Assembly: GCA_965657825.1 (NCBI GenBank)
Contig: CBFHQG010000004.1
Location: forward strand, 1-50,894
Reading direction: 5' to 3'
Length of the DNA: 50,894 nucleotides
Origin: Actinomycetes bacterium
GTDB taxonomy: Bacteria > Actinomycetota > Actinomycetes > S36-B12
Shown here: one piece after another, positions 46,101-50,894 of the stretch
Layout: each line of letters begins with the position of its first letter
Numbering within the stretch: position 1 is the stretch's first letter
Position numbers and translations under genes: made by a program
The notes under the pieces: model-generated
The model's database searches: none
Seen by the model: only the letters and a program-made list of their open reading frames with translations
Told to the model about the DNA's origin: nothing

Positions 46101-47939
46101 ATCCGTGCCGAGTCGCATCCCGAAGTCATAGATCCACACCGGGGCCCCACCGAGTCGGTCAATCTCATAGGGCCGCTCGTCGATGACATCGACACCGAGA
46201 CTGGTCAGCACCGGAAGGATCGTGGTCAGGGAGATCGGTTCACCGGCCCGGAACACCTTCACGCGTCGATGCCCTGACTCCAACCCCGTGGGGGAGTAAA
46301 GAATCAGGGAGATGTCGACGTCACCGGTGAGTTCCTCGATCTCCTGGACGTCGGCGCTGGCCACCCGAGGAGAGAAATCCTCCTTGTATCCCTCAGGGAA
46401 AGCATCGCGGTAGGCAGCGGCGAGCCGCCCGGCTCGATCCACGGCGAATCTCTCGATCACCGTGACGACGAAGTCGTCTTCCCAACTGCGCACGGCCTGC
46501 ACGATCCGCTCCTCGACCTCATGCAGATCCGGGTCTCCTAGTTCCTCTCCGGAAGCGGCTCGGACGATGAAGTGCAGGCGAGCAAGAACCGAGTCGGAAA
46601 CGTGGGCGGCGTGGTCGATGATCGAGGACGAGAAGGCGTCGCGCAGGATGCCCTCGATTCGCAGACGAGCTCCTGTGTTGTAGCGATCACGCGGCAGGTA
46701 GACCAGACAGGAGGTGTAGCGGCCGTAAGGGTCTCGATGACAGAACAATCGAGTCTGCCGACGCTCTGCGATCTGTGAGACCGCGAGCGCGACCTCCGCC
46801 AGATCCACTGCCGGCGTCGCGAACATCTCATCCCGGGGATATGTCTCAAGGGTGTGCTCGATGATCTTCGCCGTGTGCGAACCCGGCTCGACGTCAGCGA
46901 TCAGGAGGACCTCTGACACACGCTGTCGCAGGACTGGGATCGTCCGCACGCTCTGTGCATACGCCGAGGCCGAGTACAGGCCGAGGAAGCGCTGTTCACC
47001 GATAACGGCCCCGGATTCGTCGAAACGCTTCACCCCGACGTAATCCAGGTAGCCTCGCCGATGAACGGTCGATCGGCTGTTGGCCTTGGTCAACACAAGG
47101 GGGACAGGCTCCCTCGCCAGCGCCCGGACCTCTGCGGGCAGCCGGGCGAAGGCACGGGTCGTGGGCTGATCGGATCGCAGCACACCCAGCCCGGTACCGG
47201 CGATCGCGGTGAGCGACTCATCACCGGGTTCACCGCGAAGGTCATATTCGCGATATCCGATGAAGGTGAAGTGGTCGTCGACCATCCACTCCAATAACTG
47301 CGCCGCTTCATCGCATAACTTCGGGTCGACATCGAGCGGAGGATGCTCCCGCAGGCCCGCCGCGATGTGCAGGGCGCGTGCTCGCATCCGCGGCCAGTCC
47401 TCCACCGCCTCGCGAACATCGAGCAGTACCCGTTTGATCTCCGCCTCGAGGCGCTCCGGATCGCTGATCGAGTGATCGAGTTCGACTCGGATCCATGATT
47501 CGGCATGCCCTGCCGATTCGTCATGCTCTTCGATCCCCAGGAGGTGACCGGTGATGTCGCGCTGCGCATACACGACCGGATGGATCACGAGGCGGATGAC
47601 CTGGCCATCGGCGGTGAGTGCTGCCGAAACGGAGTCGACCAGGAAGGGCATGTCATCGGTGACGATCTCCACCACCGTCCGATCAACCGATTCGCCTCCA
47701 TCAGGAGTGCGCACCCGAACAGCAGCCGTGCCGACGGGTCGGTGACGGGCAAGATCTAGATGGGACGTGACGGCAGCCAGCAGAGCACTCGGCGTTCGAT
47801 CCTCGATATCGGACGGCGCAACGTATCGGAAGTACGTGCCCAGGACCGGAAGGACAAGCCGATCAGCATGCACCTGCCGAGCCCGCTCGGCCGTGTCAGC
47901 GAGCAGACCTGTGATGACGCTCGGCGTGGGGACCGACAT
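43104..47939 (-). CDS. gdh: NAD-specific glutamate dehydrogenase, large (~180 kDa) class
   Basis: The 1611-aa single ORF is collinear with the Bac_GDH family (RGGLRWSDR, VPVGAKGGFV, GPDVGT-like region, and the C-terminal helical domain). Confidence 0.95.
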   Translation of the reverse strand: MSVPTPSVITGLLADTAERARQVHADRLVLPVLGTYFRYVAPSDIEDRTPSALLAAVTSHLDLARHRPVGTAAVRVRTPDGGESVDRTVVEIVTDDMPFLVDSVSAALTADGQVIRLVIHPVVYAQRDITGHLLGIEEHDESAGHAESWIRVELDHSISDPERLEAEIKRVLLDVREAVEDWPRMRARALHIAAGLREHPPLDVDPKLCDEAAQLLEWMVDDHFTFIGYREYDLRGEPGDESLTAIAGTGLGVLRSDQPTTRAFARLPAEVRALAREPVPLVLTKANSRSTVHRRGYLDYVGVKRFDESGAVIGEQRFLGLYSASAYAQSVRTIPVLRQRVSEVLLIADVEPGSHTAKIIEHTLETYPRDEMFATPAVDLAEVALAVSQIAERRQTRLFCHRDPYGRYTSCLVYLPRDRYNTGARLRIEGILRDAFSSSIIDHAAHVSDSVLARLHFIVRAASGEELGDPDLHEVEERIVQAVRSWEDDFVVTVIERFAVDRAGRLAAAYRDAFPEGYKEDFSPRVASADVQEIEELTGDVDISLILYSPTGLESGHRRVKVFRAGEPISLTTILPVLTSLGVDVIDERPYEIDRLGGAPVWIYDFGMRLGTDRVVSPDCLGSRFAEAFLAIWSGRSEVDALNALVVRGGLDWRQVSILRTYARYLRQSGMSFAPEHIENALLSNADIAVSLVRLFEIAFDPADSTEVSDTRAERMNRLVESITGALDAVASLDEDRILRALLSMVQATLRTNYFRRGDDGEPRDILTVKLQASAIEVLPQPKPAYEIWAYSPRVEGVHLRFGRIARGGLRWSDRPADFRTEVLGLVKAQQVKNAVIVPVGAKGGFVPKRLPDPTLDREAWLAEGRSAYSLFISGLLDITDNLVDGRVVPPEGVVRHDGDDPYLVVAADKGTATFSDLANAVAADYDFWLGDAFASGGSAGYDHKAMGITARGAWESVKRHFRDLGIDTQSEEFTVVGIGDMSGDVFGNGMLLSRCIRLVAAFDHRHIFIDPSPDSAVSFAERERLFSMPRSSWGDYDQGLISPGGGVFRRTAKSIPITDQMRRVFGMDEAPVTLEPNDLIKALLRAPVDLMWNGGIGTYVKAQSETQAEVGDKANDPVRIDGAQMRCLVVGEGGNLGLTQLGRIEAAHAGVRLNTDAIDNSAGVDTSDHEVNIKVLLDEVVRSGDLTLKQRDALLEQMTDEVADLVLADNYDQNVLLGNSRRGAANLIEVHGRMIRDLEARGLLDRALEGLPADDEIATRAAAGQGLTGPELAVLAAYAKISLDQDLQSAVADDPWFTDRAVEYFPARIADEYADRIPSHPLREGIITTVVVNDLINHGGITLVFRASEETGAGVPEVVRAASAVIAIFGLRDFWRRVDSLDNEVPTQAQAALHLESRRLLDRALRWFLQARGATLDLSVEVARFAPVVARLAGEVVPALRGVEHDRFERGVNRFVELGAPIELAEEASAMLDIFALLDITEIAETAGEDPATVLDIYFALSERYDVDRFLGQITVLTRADRWTALARQALRSDLYAALAQFTLGVVHDTAPAQTTTQRIEEWEAGHAEGLARARSTLDQIAAQEGADLAMLSVALRVLRTLVNQSRGAD

Positions 47940-47953
47940 GCGAATGCACGCGC

Positions 47954-48949
47954 CTAACCGGTGCGTGCCCAGGAGGAGCCACCGTGCTCCCAGGCCTCTC
48001 GGCTGGTCTCCAGGGCTGTCTGCAGCACATGCAGACGACGCGAGGTCTCCATGATGTTGCCGCCCATAGCGGTGAGATCCTCCCGGCCCGGACCGAGGAC
48101 GTGCACCTGCGCACCCTGCGCCTCCACCTCGTCGATCTCAGTCAGGCAGCGCTGGGTCACCCGCTGGCGCCACTGGCGCTCCAGACGGGTGAAGAATCCC
48201 TCGGGCTCATCGACATCGAAGGACACCATCGGCGCGATGACGTAGACATCGTCCACCTGCGCATCGACGAGAACGTCGACCGAGGTCGCCGACCACGCCC
48301 CGCCGTCGATGTAGGGACGGCCGGCGATCGTGACTGGCTCGAACCAGCCCGGGATCGCACACGACGCCATCACCGCCTCCGACAGCGGCGCCGGTGGCGC
48401 CTCAGGGGAGCCGAAGACGACACGTCGACCCTCGTCATAATCCATGGCCACGATCCGCAGGTCACCGTGGGGAGACCACTCGTCCATCGGGGTGATCGCA
48501 TCAATGAGATGGCCGACGCGATCGAGGGACCCCGTCCCCACGGGAAGGAAGGCCGACAGCACCGCCGTCGGAGGCATCCGGAAGGCCTGACGCAGGCTTG
48601 CACCGATCAGCTTGACTGATCCCGGCCCGCGCAGACGGGGCATCGACGGACGCGAACCACCCGTTGCAGACTCATAGTCCCAGGCGTAACCGGCAAGGGG
48701 GCCCTTCGTGATCGGCACGCCCTGTTGATGATCACGCAACTGCTGCGGGCTGACCCCTGCGGCGATGAGGGACCCGAGAACCGAACCAGCCGAGGTGCCC
48801 ACGATCACATCGACCGTGCAGGGATCGATTCCGCGGACCTCCTGTAACGCGCACAGCGCACCGACCGTCCAGGCTGCTCCGAGAACACCACCGCCGCCGA
48901 GCACGAGCGCCGTTCGCGACGACGCGGAAGGTGAGGATGCTGCAGCCAT
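47954..48949 (-). CDS. Patatin-like phospholipase
   Basis: Oxyanion Gly-rich motif LVLGGGGVLGAAW, nucleophile elbow GTSAGS, and the catalytic Asp in YIDGGAWS. The ATG at 48949 lies 7 nt after the WS/DGAT stop. The track extension overlaps that gene. Confidence 0.88.
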   Translation of the reverse strand: MAAASSPSASSRTALVLGGGGVLGAAWTVGALCALQEVRGIDPCTVDVIVGTSAGSVLGSLIAAGVSPQQLRDHQQGVPITKGPLAGYAWDYESATGGSRPSMPRLRGPGSVKLIGASLRQAFRMPPTAVLSAFLPVGTGSLDRVGHLIDAITPMDEWSPHGDLRIVAMDYDEGRRVVFGSPEAPPAPLSEAVMASCAIPGWFEPVTIAGRPYIDGGAWSATSVDVLVDAQVDDVYVIAPMVSFDVDEPEGFFTRLERQWRQRVTQRCLTEIDEVEAQGAQVHVLGPGREDLTAMGGNIMETSRRLHVLQTALETSREAWEHGGSSWARTG

Positions 48950-48956
48950 CGCCGAA

Positions 48957-50363
48957 CTACTCCTTTCCGCCTCGGGCGACACGCAGCCGGCGCGTGCGCG
49001 TGGGTCGTGAGGCGTCGAGGAGCTCTGACAGCGCCTCCCGGACAGCCTGCACGAGGACATCCAGATCAGGGATGGCATCTCGGTCAGCGGTGAGCCCGAG
49101 GAACACACCACCGTCGTAGGAGGTGATCCCGATGCTCAGCGGCTGGCAGGGACCCAATGGCAGGACGGGGTAGGCGGCGAGCATTCGCGCACCCCCCGCG
49201 AATCGAGCATTCTGCGGTCCCGGCACATTGGTGACGACCAGGTGATACGCGCGCTTGGACAATGAGGACCCCACTCGCGCGCCAAGGGCATGCATCGTGG
49301 GAGGCGCGAAGCCGATCAACTCGACCAGCGAGCGCGCACCGACCACATGGCTCTCAGCACCGTGCCGCGACATCTCATATGCGATCCGCTGCACGCGAAT
49401 CACCGGATCGGGTTCGCCGACGGGAAGATCGATCATCACCGCAGACACTGTGCTCGCCCGCGGATCATCTGCGGCGACGCTCACGGGCACGACGGTGCGA
49501 ACCACGGTGTCCGATGCAACGGGGACTCCCCGCGAGAACAGCCAGGACCTCAGGGCGCCGGTGACGACCGCGAGGGCCACATCCGTGATCGACCCTCCGG
49601 TCGTGCGACGAACAGTCTTGAATTCCTCGAGCCGTAGATCCACGGTGTCGAAGCGCCGCTGCGCACCGACGTCGACCAGCAATGGACGTATGGAGTCGGG
49701 TCGGGTCACCTCGACCACCGTGCTGGCCACATCACCTACCGATCGGGCCAGCGCTGACATCCCGGAGCCGACTCTCGACATCAGCGCACGCGGGTGGCGC
49801 ACCGAGTCGCCGATCGCCGCGGCGATCAACTCCGCCGAACTCGGTTCAGGCGAGGGGCGCCAGGTGGTCGTGGGGACCAATCCGGCATCCTGCGAGTCGT
49901 CGAGGATCACCTCGGCGATGTCGACTGCGGACAGCCCGTTGACCATCGCCTGATGAGTCTTGGTGAGCAGAGCGAACCGTCGACCCTCGATGCCCTCGAC
50001 GAGGTAGACCTCCCACAGCGGACGACGGCGATCAAGCGGCCGGCTGAAGATCCTCGCCACCAGGTCATGCAACTGCTCCAGGGTGCCCGGCGCGGGCAGC
50101 GCGGAACGGCGCACATGGAAGCTCACATCGAAGGTCGAGTCATCGACCCACACCGGCGCCGCCCAGCCTCCGGGAATCTCGCGCACCCGCTGCCGATACC
50201 GGGGGAGAAAGGAGATCCGCTCGCGGATCAGACGCACCAGGCGCTCGTGATCCATCGCACCGGGTGACTCGCTGAACAGCACAAGGCTGCCGACATGCAT
50301 CGGGGTGTTCGGACCCTCCAGGTAGAGGAAGGACGCGTCCATGGCGGACAGCCGATCTGTCAC
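48957..50363 (-). CDS. Wax ester synthase/diacylglycerol acyltransferase (WS/DGAT) family protein with a degenerate active-site motif
   Basis: N-terminus (V)TDRLSAMDASFLYLEGPNTPMHVG, then PLWEVYLVEG and a C-terminal NVPGP block. The expected HHxxxDG position reads HQAMVNG. I chose the GTG at 50363 (the ATG at 50342 is an alternative). The track ORF extension is Arg-rich. Confidence 0.87.
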   Translation of the reverse strand: MTDRLSAMDASFLYLEGPNTPMHVGSLVLFSESPGAMDHERLVRLIRERISFLPRYRQRVREIPGGWAAPVWVDDSTFDVSFHVRRSALPAPGTLEQLHDLVARIFSRPLDRRRPLWEVYLVEGIEGRRFALLTKTHQAMVNGLSAVDIAEVILDDSQDAGLVPTTTWRPSPEPSSAELIAAAIGDSVRHPRALMSRVGSGMSALARSVGDVASTVVEVTRPDSIRPLLVDVGAQRRFDTVDLRLEEFKTVRRTTGGSITDVALAVVTGALRSWLFSRGVPVASDTVVRTVVPVSVAADDPRASTVSAVMIDLPVGEPDPVIRVQRIAYEMSRHGAESHVVGARSLVELIGFAPPTMHALGARVGSSLSKRAYHLVVTNVPGPQNARFAGGARMLAAYPVLPLGPCQPLSIGITSYDGGVFLGLTADRDAIPDLDVLVQAVREALSELLDASRPTRTRRLRVARGGKE

Positions 50364-50467
50364 TCCCCCATCGTGCCACGACGAGGTGCTCGAAAACCGA
50401 GGATCGCCATGGGACCAACATCCCGAGCCTGCATTGGCACGCTCCCGTGGTGCAGGTGAGAGCAGGC

Positions 50468-50894
50468 TCAGGACAGATCGGCGTCGAGGAGCGCGGAGAG
50501 TTCCATCACGGTTGTGTCGTAATCGACATGGAGGATTCCGGGCATACCGAGGGCTGCGGCCGCGCGGATATTGTGCTCGAGATCGTCGATGAAGATGCAC
50601 TGATCGGGGGGTAAACCGACCAGGTCGAAGGTGTACTGGAAGATCCGCTCCTCCGGTTTGCGCATGCCAACCTCGCCGCTGATCACCGTGACATCGAACA
50701 TGCCGTCCCACAGATGCTCTGGATAGTGGTTGCCCCACGAATTGGACAGCAGTGCCGTGGTCATTCCTCGGTCATGCGCCCTACGGACCAGACCGGTCAT
50801 GTCGTGGGCGTGATCGAAATGGACGAACATGCGCTGGAGCAATCCGGTGGAATCGATCGGGGCGCCGATCCTCCGGGAGAGTTCCTCGGCCAAC
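50468..50894 (-). CDS. HAD superfamily hydrolase (3' part; N-terminus beyond the right edge)
   Basis: HAD motifs LLSNS (motif II region), the GMRKPEERIF Lys motif, and the FIDDLEHN Asp motif. The frame is open to the window edge. Confidence 0.8.
   Translation of the reverse strand, partial: LAEELSRRIGAPIDSTGLLQRMFVHFDHAHDMTGLVRRAHDRGMTTALLSNSWGNHYPEHLWDGMFDVTVISGEVGMRKPEERIFQYTFDLVGLPPDQCIFIDDLEHNIRAAAALGMPGILHVDYDTTVMELSALLDADLS

Noticed and set aside
43104-47939. Numerous 60-290-aa ORFs on both strands inside gdh
   Set aside because: All are nested within the continuous 1611-aa NAD-GDH frame, which is collinear with its family. They are shadow ORFs.
48950-49111. Upstream extension of the patatin ORF, and extension of the WS/DGAT ORF (50364-50738)
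   Set aside because: The extensions overlap the neighbouring genes, are Arg/Ser/Pro-rich, and precede the conserved N-terminal motifs (GGGGVLG and LSAMDASFLYLE).
1-50894. Search for tRNA/rRNA genes, IS/transposase or integrase genes, toxin-antitoxin pairs, and defence islands
   Set aside because: None was recognisable. All intergenic gaps are under 280 bp, no cloverleaf-like or rRNA-like sequence was noticed, and every sizeable ORF has a housekeeping or envelope-related assignment. Infernal or tRNAscan runs would be needed to exclude small RNAs formally.

Overview
High-GC actinobacterial chromosomal segment, densely packed with recognisable core genes and mostly transcribed on the minus strand. 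I found no rRNA, tRNA, IS element, prophage or CRISPR array.

Gene content, left to right:
- start of the nuo operon (nuoC', nuoB, nuoA)
- menaquinone pathway (menG, menF, menD, menC, menB, menE, menA), interrupted by an unusual TetR-ACT-GNAT fusion ORF
- system II cytochrome c maturation block (ccsB, resB, ccdA, thioredoxin-like lipoprotein)
- histidine phosphatase, cobA/hemD fusion, glutaredoxin-like protein, HAD-IB hydrolase, acyltransferase, epimerase
- a 32-codon bS22 ribosomal micro-ORF that is absent from the ORF track
- a small HTH protein, followed by a 19-bp tandem/inverted repeat array
- acuC, proC, TetR, sugar-phosphate isomerase, P-type ATPase, ppx
- a Cys-rich conserved protein, radA, a Pro/Thr-rich membrane protein, mutY, prfB
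- a TAT-metallophosphoesterase / lipoprotein / membrane-protein operon
- a Tad/Flp pilus locus (tadA, tadB, tadC, an flp-like gene, three TadE/G-like genes)
- the giant NAD-glutamate dehydrogenase, a patatin lipase, a WS/DGAT homologue and a partial HAD hydrolase

Gene order parallels, from memory, the M. tuberculosis blocks Rv0495c-Rv0558, Rv3585-Rv3589 and Rv3654c-Rv3659c. The PPA1498-type phosphoesterase hints at Propionibacteriales, which is inference only.

Many ORF-track entries are N-terminally over-extended or are antisense shadow ORFs typical of high-GC DNA. I trimmed starts using homology-style N-termini, RBS-like purine tracts and neighbour stops.

I did not find a clear-cut novel multi-gene system. 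The most unusual items are:
- the TetR-ACT-GNAT fusion
- the composite 19-bp repeat array that runs into the acuC stop codon
- a two-copy nested palindromic intergenic element
- a WS/DGAT with a degenerate HHxxxDG motif
- an Flp-like pilin lacking the Glu5-Tyr6 signature, in a Tad locus without tadZ or tadV
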